From assembly GCA_050018395.1 (NCBI GenBank), contig JBEKAC010000005.1:4794-68793 (forward strand): a DNA stretch of 64,000 nucleotides. The letters run 5' to 3'. Source of the DNA: Dehalococcoidales bacterium. GTDB lineage: Bacteria > Chloroflexota > Dehalococcoidia > Dehalococcoidales > RBG-16-60-22. Within the stretch, counting starts at the first letter, position 1; each line of letters opens with the position of its first letter. Below the pieces are notes generated by a model. That model saw only the letters and a program-made list of their open reading frames with translations. It was not told the DNA's origin and searched no databases. A program made the position numbers and the translations under genes. Below are positions 52,987 through 62,209 of the stretch, piece by piece.

Positions 52987-53907
52987 CTATTTTATCCCCT
53001 GCGGCGTCATCATATCGGTAACCAGCACAAACGCTATCGAGCCCAGTGGGATATACCCGTAAATAATCACCATCAAAATCATCGGGCTTGCGCCTCCCAT
53101 CATCATCATGGCAGCGAACATGACGATAACCAGGAGCGGCGCTGCCACCAGCCCGATGATATAGACCTCGGAAATCAGGCCCAGAGTCGTAATGAATTCA
53201 GTAAACTTCTTCCGGTTTTCTTCCATGGTTTCCCGGGATTTGCTGACAAAGTAGGTCCCCATTTCGCCTCCGGAGAGGGCATTTGTAATCGCCCCCTGGA
53301 TGAATGTCCTCAGGTGTGTGGAAGGAGTAGCGGAGGCCAGGTTACGCAAAGCGCTGACAAAATCAAAGCCGAGCAGTTCAACGTCCTTGGCCACCAGCTT
53401 CGCTTCCTGGCTTATCTCGCCGAAGAATTCCTCTGTCTCGGCAAGCTTCCTGAAAATCAGGTAGGGAATGACACCCGTGGTAGCCATGAACGACATCCAG
53501 CAGATGGCATAGGGCAGATGGCCGTCAATCTTCCCTTTCCTCTCCCAGCTCTTAACCCGGGGATAGAGGATAAAGAGGAGGAACAGGGCCAGGCAGCAAG
53601 CCAGTGTTACGAAGACAATCAGGCTGAAGTCAGCGACAAGCCCCGGCATGTCGGTTATGGCTATGTCTCTTGCGAAGATGAATCGCCAGATCGGCACATA
53701 GTTAAAGAGGAGAGCTGATACCGCCAGCCCCATGGTGACGCAGACGGATGACAGTACAAGCGAATACAGGGTAGCCAGGGATAGCAATTTTTCTACGGTG
53801 ATATACATCCGCGCCTTTACCAGGTCGTTGGTCAGGAAGGAGAAACGAGTTCGCCTTTCCCGGTAGTAACTACCAAAGAGAGACAGGGCTATAGTACCAG
53901 TGTTCAC
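52987..53907 (-). CDS. type II secretion system F-domain membrane protein (FlaJ/TadB-like half)
   Basis: 306 aa; same architecture as 52065-52985; GTG start overlaps the ATPase stop. Confidence 0.75.
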   Translation of the reverse strand: MNTGTIALSLFGSYYRERRTRFSFLTNDLVKARMYITVEKLLSLATLYSLVLSSVCVTMGLAVSALLFNYVPIWRFIFARDIAITDMPGLVADFSLIVFVTLACCLALFLLFILYPRVKSWERKGKIDGHLPYAICWMSFMATTGVIPYLIFRKLAETEEFFGEISQEAKLVAKDVELLGFDFVSALRNLASATPSTHLRTFIQGAITNALSGGEMGTYFVSKSRETMEENRKKFTEFITTLGLISEVYIIGLVAAPLLVIVMFAAMMMMGGASPMILMVIIYGYIPLGSIAFVLVTDMMTPQGIK

Positions 53908-55664
53908 CGTACTTCTCCCTGCACTAAACTCTTTTCGACCTCATCCGGGCGGACACTGTAGTCAAACAAAAGTCGGCTCAGTCTATAAAAGTCATTGACC
54001 TTATTTTTACATAGCAAATTCATAATTCTCAGCCGCCGGGCATACTCTGCGGCCAATTGTTCCTCGGTTATGTTTAGTTTTTCCATAGTCTCCAGAAATA
54101 CCTTGGACTCTCCGCTGAATTGAAAGTTTCCGGTAGCAAGTCGGAAGACCACATTCGTCTTGAGTGTTCCGGTCTCAAAATCGACACCGGTCACCTCGGT
54201 CACGTTAGTACATCTCCTGGTCCTGACATCGCCTTCCTTTATCATACTGACCTGGGCGATGATGTCGATGCTGTCAAGCAGCATTAGCGGCACATCTATG
54301 GGTGGTTTCGTCAACCTTTTTACCAACGAATCTACGGAGTCCGCGTGAACTGTGGAGAAGGTGATATGGCCGGTGGCCATCGCCTGGAAAAGGGTTGAGG
54401 CTTCCCGTCCCCGCACTTCTCCAACCAGCAGATATTCGGGCCGCTGCCTGAGCGCTGTCCGGAGCAAGTCAAACATCTCAATTGAGCCGCGCTCTTCGGT
54501 TTCCATGGTGACGGAGGGTATCCAGTTCTGGTGAGTAAGGTTTATTTCCCGGGTATCTTCAATGCTTACTACCTTGCAACTTGGCGGTATGAACATGGAG
54601 ATGGTATTGAGGAAAGTAGTCTTCCCTGATGCCGTGCCGCCGATAATAAGGATGTTAAACCCGTTTTCTACCGCCATCCATAAATAGACAGCCATCTCTA
54701 CTGATATAGTTCCGAGGTTTATCAGGTCTATCGGGGTAAAGGGGGTCTCCCGGAATTTCCGAATTGTAAAAGTAGAGCCTCTAGTGGTAACCTGACTACC
54801 TATGCTCAGTTGTAGCCGGTCATGGTTAGGCAATGAGGCATCGAGCAGCGGTTTGGCCATCGAGATGTGCCTGCCTGATCTCTGCGCCAGCTTGTAGATG
54901 GTGGAGTCCAGCTCTTCCTGGGTAAAGGTAACGTTGGTTTCCAACGACCCATACTTCTGGTGGTAGACAAACGCCGGAATCCCGGGGCCGTTAGATGAAA
55001 TATCTTCCGCTCTTTTATCTCTCAGTATCGGGTCAAGCTTGCCGTAACCTATCAGGTCTCTCACCACGTAGTACATTATCTTTTCCATGCTCAAAGGACT
55101 CAGGCGGATGCCGAATTCCCTGGTTATTTCCTGAATCTTCTGCCTCAGGAAGTCCTCAGGTTTATCCAGCGAGGCAAAATCCAGGTTGATTACCTCGTAG
55201 AGCCACAACCTTATCTCCTTTAGCAGCTCTTCCTCACCTCTGGTCAGTCTGACCTCGCATACCTGATAAGTGTGAGGATGGCTGGCGGCAATGCCAATGC
55301 AGGCGTAGGGTTCGTTCACCGGATACACCTCCAGGAATTTATCCTTATCTATCTCCAGTGCTAGCCTTGGCTCAGAGGCAGCCTCTATCTCTAAAGACTT
55401 GCTCTCTTTGGTTTTTTTTATTTTCTTTTGTTTACGCGGTCTCTGTTCAGCAAGTACTGCCTTTAAGGTTTCCTGAGCCTTTATTTTTCCCTCTTCTTTG
55501 GCCGACAACTGCGCCGCATTTGAGCCTACCTCCCCGCTGCGCTTGAGCAGCGCAGAGCCGCACCATTCACAGTGGTTAACACCACCGGATATCCGGCCGC
55601 AGTGGGGACAGACTATCCCTTTGCCTGAAAGTCGGTCTTGTTGCTCCGTGGTCAAAGCCTTCAT
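53904..55664 (-). CDS. archaeal FlaI/PilB-type type IV filament assembly ATPase with an N-terminal zinc ribbon
   Basis: 586 aa; CPHCG...CEWCG; YPVNEPYACIGI...YQVCEVRL (FlaI-type N-domain); GGTASGKTTFLN Walker A; LLVGEVRGREA. Confidence 0.9.
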   Translation of the reverse strand: MKALTTEQQDRLSGKGIVCPHCGRISGGVNHCEWCGSALLKRSGEVGSNAAQLSAKEEGKIKAQETLKAVLAEQRPRKQKKIKKTKESKSLEIEAASEPRLALEIDKDKFLEVYPVNEPYACIGIAASHPHTYQVCEVRLTRGEEELLKEIRLWLYEVINLDFASLDKPEDFLRQKIQEITREFGIRLSPLSMEKIMYYVVRDLIGYGKLDPILRDKRAEDISSNGPGIPAFVYHQKYGSLETNVTFTQEELDSTIYKLAQRSGRHISMAKPLLDASLPNHDRLQLSIGSQVTTRGSTFTIRKFRETPFTPIDLINLGTISVEMAVYLWMAVENGFNILIIGGTASGKTTFLNTISMFIPPSCKVVSIEDTREINLTHQNWIPSVTMETEERGSIEMFDLLRTALRQRPEYLLVGEVRGREASTLFQAMATGHITFSTVHADSVDSLVKRLTKPPIDVPLMLLDSIDIIAQVSMIKEGDVRTRRCTNVTEVTGVDFETGTLKTNVVFRLATGNFQFSGESKVFLETMEKLNITEEQLAAEYARRLRIMNLLCKNKVNDFYRLSRLLFDYSVRPDEVEKSLVQGEVR

Positions 55665-55835
55665 TCATCCTTCCAAAGCGAATGCCGGTGGCTACAGGTA
55701 AGTAATTCTCTGCAGCCGGTCGCAAACACATGGGGCTCCCCCGTCTGGTCACAGACCGGCCGGCCGAGGTGCCTTCCTGCGCCCAGGCCGATTCAGTATT
55801 CGGGGGCAAATTCGCCGCGTGTTTGGCAATTACCC

Positions 55836-56282
55836 CTAGCGTACCAGCACATTGGTATCTAATAAAATAGCATTACTGCCAGTATCGATGGCGACGAAGT
55901 GATACCATCCCGTGGTTATGGCAACATTGTTCGTGTCCGTTGTCACCCGTAGAGTTGTGCCGGTCGATAGAGCATTTACGCCTAGCTGGGTCTGGATTGT
56001 GAAGTTGGCGCTACTCTCCTGTCCCCCTGTTAACGAGCCCTTCCACGCATTAGCCAATATACTGTCCCCACCATCGTCCTTCACCAGCAACGAGGTATTG
56101 TCGGTCGGGGTATCAATCACCGATAGCGAGACATTGGGCGCCTTTGAAGTGTGCCCGAGGAATCCATAGACGTAACCGGCTACCACCGCCCCCATGACTA
56201 CGGTTATAGCAACCATCAATATCACGCCGATTACCGGGGATACTCCCCTCTGATCTCTCTGAAAAATATTTAAGTGTTTCAT
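55836..56282 (-). CDS. archaeal-type type IV pilin (class III signal peptide)
   Basis: 148 aa; QRDQRGVSPVIGVILMVAITVVMGAVVAGYVYG is the archaeal pilin/flagellin N-terminal domain. Confidence 0.8.
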   Translation of the reverse strand: MKHLNIFQRDQRGVSPVIGVILMVAITVVMGAVVAGYVYGFLGHTSKAPNVSLSVIDTPTDNTSLLVKDDGGDSILANAWKGSLTGGQESSANFTIQTQLGVNALSTGTTLRVTTDTNNVAITTGWYHFVAIDTGSNAILLDTNVLVR

Positions 56283-56405
56283 CTCCTTTACCTCCCGTTT
56301 TTACTCAAACCCTTAGAGTTATTCCATCATTACTCCCCTTTGGTTACATAGGCTGCCCCCTCATTCTTGACCCGAGCATCTGTCGGGCATCACCCTGGCA
56401 CCATC

Positions 56406-56843
56406 TCATACGCCTGCCATAGCCATTACCGTATCCAGAATCACCGTCGGATCTGACCCTTTGTTGAGAAAAAGAACCGACTTGGTAAAGTAACCATCGG
56501 CCCCGTGCTGATAGGTACTGATAATATCGCTTTTATTATCTGAGGCGGTAAGTATCACTACCGGGATTTCTTTCAGTTTTTCATCGCTTTTTACATGTTC
56601 CAGTACCTCCAGCCCGCTAACCTTAGGGAGCTTGAGGTCAAGGAGGATTAAATCCGGCCGGGGATTAGCTTCTCTTTCGGCATAAACGCCGCGGTTATGC
56701 AGGAAATCGAGCGCCGCTTGACCATCTTTAATCCAGGACAATCGTGATTTCAGGGTTGCTTTCTCCAGAGCCCGTTTCATGAGAACGCCGTGCTCCTGGG
56801 TATCCTCCACCATTAAAACATTAATCTCTCTTGGCATAGTCAC
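56406..56843 (-). CDS. single-domain response regulator (CheY-like)
   Basis: 145 aa; NVLMVEDT, DLILLDLKLPKVSG, VVILTAS, ADGYFTKS. Confidence 0.85.
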   Translation of the reverse strand: MTMPREINVLMVEDTQEHGVLMKRALEKATLKSRLSWIKDGQAALDFLHNRGVYAEREANPRPDLILLDLKLPKVSGLEVLEHVKSDEKLKEIPVVILTASDNKSDIISTYQHGADGYFTKSVLFLNKGSDPTVILDTVMAMAGV

Positions 56844-57136
56844 TATTCCGCCCTCCTTCCTGCAAATTTGTTTAATCGTCTTTGAAATAAGCTACTTGAT
56901 GTGGGTTTTTTTATATAAGCTTTGGCTCCCGCTTTGACGGCTGCAACAATTACATTAGGGTCGGTCATATACGCCGGTATGAGCAAGGCAATAATTGCTG
57001 AAGGGTCATTTTCTCTTAATTCGTGTAATGCGGCTATCACGTTGCTTTCTTCAACTGCCAGATTCAGCAACGTAATATTCACGATGCTTTCACCCGTTTC
57101 TTGTATAATCATCACGTGAGTTTCTTCTGATGTCAT
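56843..57136 (-). CDS. truncated pseudo-receiver, tandem paralog of 57136-57519
   Basis: 97 aa; the C-terminal 60 aa are near-identical in pattern to the neighbour; the phospho-Asp position reads LLNLAV and the acidic pocket is lost. Confidence 0.6.
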   Translation of the reverse strand: MTSEETHVMIIQETGESIVNITLLNLAVEESNVIAALHELRENDPSAIIALLIPAYMTDPNVIVAAVKAGAKAYIKKPTSSSLFQRRLNKFAGRRAE

Positions 57137-57519
57137 TACTCTGCCCTCTTTCCCGCTAGCTTGTTCAATCGTCCTTTTAAATCTTCACCTGATGTCGGCT
57201 TCTTCATATAGGCTTTAGCCCCCGCTCTCACGGCTTCAATTATTATATCCGGGTCATCTATGTTCTCCGGCATCAGCAGGGCAACCGCCGCGGAAGGATT
57301 ATCCTGGGTTAAGGCGCGTACCACATCGATACCACCGGCTCCGTCGAGTTTCAAGTCGATCAAGGTGATATCAGGGAGGTACTTAGCAAACATTTCCAGG
57401 GCCTCGACGCCGTTTTTAGCGACGGCAACGACATTAAATCCAAGCGATTCCAGCGCATTGGAAAGGAGGATGCGCGTAAAGGTGGAGCTATCGGCCAGGA
57501 GTACCTTAATCTTTGCCAT
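57136..57519 (-). CDS. single-domain response regulator (CheY-like)
   Basis: 127 aa from ATG 57519 (aagggga RBS); KVLLADSS, ITLIDLKLDGAGG, AKAYMKKP. Confidence 0.8.
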   Translation of the reverse strand: MAKIKVLLADSSTFTRILLSNALESLGFNVVAVAKNGVEALEMFAKYLPDITLIDLKLDGAGGIDVVRALTQDNPSAAVALLMPENIDDPDIIIEAVRAGAKAYMKKPTSGEDLKGRLNKLAGKRAE

Positions 57520-59296
57520 GGTTATCCCCTTGGTTTGTATCGTCCGACCCAGGCAATGTAAAGCACATAGTGGTTCCCTTCCCCGATTGACCGTCTTCCA
57601 CCCATATCCTGCCCCCGTGGGCTTCAATAATTTTTTTCACAATCGCCAGGCCGATGCCGCTCCCTTCACCTTCCGCTGTCCCCCGATAGAAGAGAGTGAA
57701 GAGTTTTCCTTTCGAATTGGGATCAATCCCGGTACCGTTGTCGCGCACAAAGAAGACGGTTTCGTTCCCTGAAACATAGTGACCTATCTCAATTTTTAGA
57801 GGGACGGTTTTATCCCGGTATTTAATGCTGTTCTGGACAAGGTTGTCCATCATCTGCTTTATCCTGGACCTGTCCACACAAATTATTGGGAATATCTTCG
57901 CGAGGGAAACGGTAGCCCCGATCGCGTTAATCTGTTCGTTAAACTCTGTAATCACTTCCTTGACTATTTCGTCAAAATGAACATCCTGGGTCCGCTTTAT
58001 CATGTGTCCGGAACGGGAATATGCCAGGGTGCTGGTCAAGAAAACCTGCATCTTCCTGACCCCGGACTCAAGCAGGCGGATATCCTCGGCGACGCTTTCC
58101 ATTTTCTGGCTTTTTAAGTCCTCCCGGAGCAGACGGCTGAAGCCTTCAATGCTTACCATCGGGCTTCTTAAATCGTGAGCGATACCATAGCTAAACGTCT
58201 CCAGCTCGCTGACCTGTGCCTGAAGCTGCCGGGTAAGTTTTTCCCGTAACTGCTGGCCCTTTTTACGCTCCGTAATATCCCGAATGTTGCACTGGATTAC
58301 TTTTCTGTGGTCAACGTCGTAGACATTGCTGACAAATTCCACATCAGCCAGCCTGCCATTCTTCGTCTGGAGCGGCAGGTCTTCGTAACGGATGTAATTC
58401 TCGCTTTGCAGTGTTTTTAAAGCTGTCTTAGCCAGTTCAATGTCTTTGAATGCTCCCATTTCCCATAGTTTCTTACCTAAAAGCTCCTCGTTAGAATACC
58501 CCAGCATATCCGTGAGAAACGGATTAACATCAGTGATTTGCCCTGTGGCTGCATCGAGAATCAATATCCCGTCCTGGGCCGCTTCGAAAAGTCGTCTGTA
58601 TTTAACCTCGGAATATTCCAGCGCATGCTCTGCCTGTTGTCGCTCGGTGATTTCCAGTTTTAGCTCTTCATTGGTTTTGACCAGTTGTGCGGTACGCGCT
58701 TTAACGTGCTGCTCCAGCTGTTCATTCAGCCTTTTCAACTCGCCTTGCGCCTGTACAAGCTCCGTGTTCTTACTAACCGCAGCTTCATAGGTGGAGAGCA
58801 GGAGGTTGAGAATCTGCAGGCGGTCCGAAGTAATGAGATATTTCTGCCCGCTGAACGTTATCTCTACGCCTATCTGCACTTGTTTGATTTCTGGTAACCT
58901 ACAGTTCAGCCGGAGGTCTTCAATTCGGGAGAAAAGAACTCGTTCATCATAGGGCTTGGTTAAAAAGTTATCGGCGCCACACTCCAGGCCTTTAATGACA
59001 TCGGCTGGATCAGCAAGGGCGGTCAAAAGTAAAACCGGAATATCTTTGAGTTTCACATCCGTTTTGATTTGCTTGCACAGCTCGTAGCCATCCATTTCCG
59101 GCATCACGATGTCGCTGATGACAACATTTGGCTTGTCCGATCTGAGAAGCCCGAGCGCTTCTTTGCCATTACTGGCGGCTATCACCTGGTAGCCGTGTGT
59201 CTCAAGAATGTCTTTGAGTTGTTCCCTTTGCGTGGGGCTGTCTTCGACAATAATAATTTTCCACTCATCGTTATCGCTCTTTTTTTTCGAGCTCAT
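57506..59296 (-). CDS. hybrid sensor kinase (N-terminal receiver, coiled coil, PAS, HisKA, HATPase)
   Basis: KIIIVEDS...VVISDIVMPEMDG receiver; FSYGIAHDLRSP H-box; VRDNGTGI...GSGIGLAIVKKI. Confidence 0.85.
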   Translation of the reverse strand: MSSKKKSDNDEWKIIIVEDSPTQREQLKDILETHGYQVIAASNGKEALGLLRSDKPNVVISDIVMPEMDGYELCKQIKTDVKLKDIPVLLLTALADPADVIKGLECGADNFLTKPYDERVLFSRIEDLRLNCRLPEIKQVQIGVEITFSGQKYLITSDRLQILNLLLSTYEAAVSKNTELVQAQGELKRLNEQLEQHVKARTAQLVKTNEELKLEITERQQAEHALEYSEVKYRRLFEAAQDGILILDAATGQITDVNPFLTDMLGYSNEELLGKKLWEMGAFKDIELAKTALKTLQSENYIRYEDLPLQTKNGRLADVEFVSNVYDVDHRKVIQCNIRDITERKKGQQLREKLTRQLQAQVSELETFSYGIAHDLRSPMVSIEGFSRLLREDLKSQKMESVAEDIRLLESGVRKMQVFLTSTLAYSRSGHMIKRTQDVHFDEIVKEVITEFNEQINAIGATVSLAKIFPIICVDRSRIKQMMDNLVQNSIKYRDKTVPLKIEIGHYVSGNETVFFVRDNGTGIDPNSKGKLFTLFYRGTAEGEGSGIGLAIVKKIIEAHGGRIWVEDGQSGKGTTMCFTLPGSDDTNQGDNHGKD

Positions 59297-59414
59297 TTTA
59301 ATTCGCCACCTCATTTTCCTTTCCCCCGACTAGCTAACAATGCGTCGATTCTCTCCGGGGGCAGCGCTGAAAACACTACAGCCATTTTTCTACCTTGTTT
59401 AGCATATTATTGTC

Positions 59415-59645
59415 TTATTCTTCTTTAACCGGAGATGGTATTTCTTCAACATTTATCCTTTCGGTTTCTGCTTTAAGCGCACTCAGGTCTTCCTCGGTAA
59501 ACAGCCTGAATCCTCTTCTGTCTCTCCGTATTTTGTGCAGCACACCCTTTTTTATCCACCGCTGGAGAGTAGCTCTACTGATACCGGTTCTTACACAAGT
59601 CTCGGTCGCACTGTAGAAAAGATGATGGTCTATATTTTGGGGCAT
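59415..59645 (-). CDS. excisionase/MerR-type HTH DNA-binding protein
   Basis: TETCVRTGISRATLQRWIKKGVLHKIR; ATG 59645 with a gaggtga RBS. Confidence 0.6.
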   Translation of the reverse strand: MPQNIDHHLFYSATETCVRTGISRATLQRWIKKGVLHKIRRDRRGFRLFTEEDLSALKAETERINVEEIPSPVKEE

Positions 59646-60085
59646 GATACGAGTCACCTCGATATAAGCCGATTCGATGCAAATTGTAGATTCAATTTAG
59701 CAGTTTGGAGTCACCGCGGTGTCACAAAAATCGGCAGTAATCTCTCAGACTTATCACAATTGTTTGTATTTTCATGAGTGACTTGCTTATGCCGCCAAAC
59801 GGTTAAGTTATTTAAATATGGCTCGGAGGCTGAGTGTGGTGAAGTAACAAAATACTGATGATAAAAGAAGATTTAAAGTCACAGGGGTGAAGAAAGGTAT
59901 TGAGGAACTAATATTTTATGCGCAACAAATAACCAGAAGAAAAAAGGACCTTTTGATGTTTTGAATATTAGTCTGACGAACGGCTGAAGCTCCCCACATA
60001 AACGGCATCCAGCATAGTGAGAAGCAATGATCTTCCTTACCCAGCCTATCGGCTTTGGCCGGTGCGAACTATCCTGGCCTTAACT

Positions 60086-60841
60086 TTAGTCAACTGGCTT
60101 CGGATCAGTTTGGGGTCCAATGACATCGGCAAGTCCGTTGATAGGATTGCCTACGATACCTGCCTGGGCCGCGATAATAGCCGCGTGGGTGCGGCTGCGG
60201 GCCTGCAGCTTGTCGATAACATTCCGGACGTGTTTCTTGGCAGTGTCCAGAGATATTTTAAGAGTATCGGCGATTATTTTGTTCGAGTCCCCGTTGCCCA
60301 TGAGCCGCAGCACATCGACTTCTCTCTCGGTGAGGTGGGCGGCTTCAGCCGTGCGCTCGGCCAGCGTCTTGCGGCCGTTTTGAATCAGATTTTCCACGGC
60401 GGTGTGCAGCAATTCCGTCTTCATCTGCATGCCGCCCTCGACCGCACGATGGATGCTTTGCAGCAATATTTCCGGTGACATGTCCTTGAGAAAGATGTAT
60501 CCCCCCGCGCCCGCATGGATGGCGTCAATAACATAAGAATCGTTGATGTTCTCCGTTAGCACCAGGACGGCTACCTTCGGGAATTCATCTTTGATAAGCC
60601 TCGTGGCTTGCACGCCGTCCACTTTGCCGCTGCGTGTCTCGGTTAGTACAACGTGGACCGGCCGTCCCCGGTCATCGGCCCGCTTTATATGCTGAAGGGC
60701 TTCATGCCCATCCGGAACATCTCCAACCACTTCAATTCCGGCGTCTTTTGTCAGGATAGCCTGCAGACCCTCACGAACAACCGGACTGAAATCAATCATC
60801 AAGACTCCCAACGTTTCAGATTCACGTTGCTTGATAGTCAT
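60086..60841 (-). CDS. atypical LuxR-family response regulator (phospho-acceptor Asp replaced by Glu)
   Basis: 251 aa; the receiver reads VHVVLTETRSGKVDG where NarL-type proteins have LLDLxMPxMxG; C-terminal LTEREVDVLRLM...DTAKKHVRNVIDKL HTH. Confidence 0.8.
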   Translation of the reverse strand: MTIKQRESETLGVLMIDFSPVVREGLQAILTKDAGIEVVGDVPDGHEALQHIKRADDRGRPVHVVLTETRSGKVDGVQATRLIKDEFPKVAVLVLTENINDSYVIDAIHAGAGGYIFLKDMSPEILLQSIHRAVEGGMQMKTELLHTAVENLIQNGRKTLAERTAEAAHLTEREVDVLRLMGNGDSNKIIADTLKISLDTAKKHVRNVIDKLQARSRTHAAIIAAQAGIVGNPINGLADVIGPQTDPKPVD

Positions 60842-60858
60842 CGTAGGCCTCCTCCTCG

Positions 60859-60896
60859 GTACACTTAAGTGTACCAGTAATTAGCACTTTAGTGCA
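60859..60896. promoter_or_regulatory. two CACTTnAGTG palindromes just upstream of the atypical regulator
   Basis: ggtacacttaagtgtacc (60859-60876, perfect 18-bp palindrome) and gcactttagtgc (60885-60896); centres about 23 bp apart. Confidence 0.35.
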
Positions 60897-61123
60897 TCTT
60901 TAGATTACCATTTTACCCCCCCCCAACACACCTGTCAAGAGATATCAGTTACCCTCGTTTAGATTAGCCGGCCGGCACTATTAAGCCCGTACTATACCCG
61001 CCGCAGAGGTTTGTGGCCCCGAGACTAAATGCACATACTCATATTAGTGGTGGAACTATACCTATCTCTTAATCCACAGGATAAGTTCAACCAAATTGGG
61101 CGCAAGAATAAGGGGTGAATACT

Positions 61124-61288
61124 ATGACAGGTAAGTTTGAAATTTACCAGGACAAGTCCGGGAAGTACCGCTGGAGACTAAGCCATGTGAATGGAATAGT
61201 CATTGCGAAATCGGGTAAAAGCCACAGCACTAAAGTAAACGCAATCAAGGACATCTGGAGTGCATTGGCTGTTACAAGCAGCAATTAG
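61124..61288 (+). CDS. YegP/DUF1508-domain small protein (below the ORF-track cutoff)
   Basis: 54 aa; MTGKFEIYQDKSGKYRWRLSHVNGIVIAKSGKSHSTKVNAIKDI; aagggg RBS. Confidence 0.6.
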   Translation: MTGKFEIYQDKSGKYRWRLSHVNGIVIAKSGKSHSTKVNAIKDIWSALAVTSSN

Positions 61289-61406
61289 ATTCTATTCTGC
61301 TAAAGATAAGGCCGCCCGGGTATCCCAGACTGTGTTGTCTCAATCATATTGGCAATTAATATTACGAGTAATGAAAAAAGGAAAAATACAGTAAGGAGGA
61401 AATGCA

Positions 61407-61595
61407 ATGGCAGCTAAATTCGAAATCTACAAGGACAAAAGTGGGGGTTTCCGCTGGCGGCTAATCCACACCAACGGTAACATCATCGCGGACTCCGGGC
61501 AAGGCTACAAAGCTAAACAAGACGCCGTCAAGGGCATCAGTTCGCTCAAGGAAAATGTTCCCAACGCGGCTACCGAAGACAAGACAGCCGCTTAG
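61407..61595 (+). CDS. YegP/DUF1508-domain small protein
   Basis: 62 aa; AAKFEIYKDKSGGFRWRLIHTNGNIIADSGQGYKAKQDAVKGISSLK; aaggagg RBS. Confidence 0.75.
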   Translation: MAAKFEIYKDKSGGFRWRLIHTNGNIIADSGQGYKAKQDAVKGISSLKENVPNAATEDKTAA

Positions 61596-61646
61596 TAACC
61601 CTGATTATCGGCGGTAAATTATAAGGAGTAAGGAAGGAATGTTCTG

Positions 61647-61796
61647 ATGTTGCAGGTAAACGGTTTGTTGTGGGGCATAATTTCTCTTGTTTTCGGTGTC
61701 ATTGTCATGATTTTCCCCAAGATACTTAACTACCTCGTAGGGATTTATCTCATCATCATTGGCATATTGGCTATTATCGCGCACTTCAACGGGTAG
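61647..61796 (+). CDS. DUF3096-like two-TM small membrane protein (below the ORF-track cutoff)
   Basis: 49 aa; MLQVNGLLWGIISLVFGVIVMIFPKILNYLVGIYLIIIGILAIIAHFNG; aaggaagg RBS. Confidence 0.5.
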   Translation: MLQVNGLLWGIISLVFGVIVMIFPKILNYLVGIYLIIIGILAIIAHFNG

Positions 61797-61842
61797 ATAT
61801 GCCTCTGGGGGCGCTAGAGAACAGGAAAGGGAGGAAAGGCAA

Positions 61843-61968
61843 ATGGCTATTCAGGACAAATCGATCGAATATGCAGCCCATGGGAAAATGAAGTGGTGGT
61901 ACTGGCTGATGCTGATTTCAGGCTCGGCGATGGTTATCGGGGGCATTATCAGCGTAATTGTCTTATAG
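61843..61968 (+). CDS. small single-TM protein
   Basis: 41 aa from ATG 61843 (gggaggaaagg RBS); KWWYWLMLISGSAMVIGGIISVIVL. Confidence 0.35.
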   Translation: MAIQDKSIEYAAHGKMKWWYWLMLISGSAMVIGGIISVIVL

Positions 61969-61998
61969 AAAAGTAAAAATAAATAAAAAGAGGTCAAT

Positions 61999-62157
61999 AT
62001 GCCCAATTGGTTCTGGATCATTATTATTATCCTGTTGATTTTATGGTTGCTGGGTCTGATTACCCATTTCCTGGGCGGGCTAATCTATATCGCACTTGTC
62101 ATTGCTTTGATTCTGGCAATTATCTGGTTGGTACAGCGAATAAGAATTAAAAAGTAA
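61999..62157 (+). CDS. lmo0937-like small two-TM membrane protein (below the ORF-track cutoff)
   Basis: 52 aa; MPNWFWIIIIILLILWLLGLITHFLGGLIYIALVIALILAIIWLVQRIRIKK. Confidence 0.5.
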   Translation: MPNWFWIIIIILLILWLLGLITHFLGGLIYIALVIALILAIIWLVQRIRIKK

Positions 62158-62209
62158 AGTCGCTGAAATAGAAATAAAAATAAAAATAACGGAAAGGAGG
62201 GCTTAAAAC

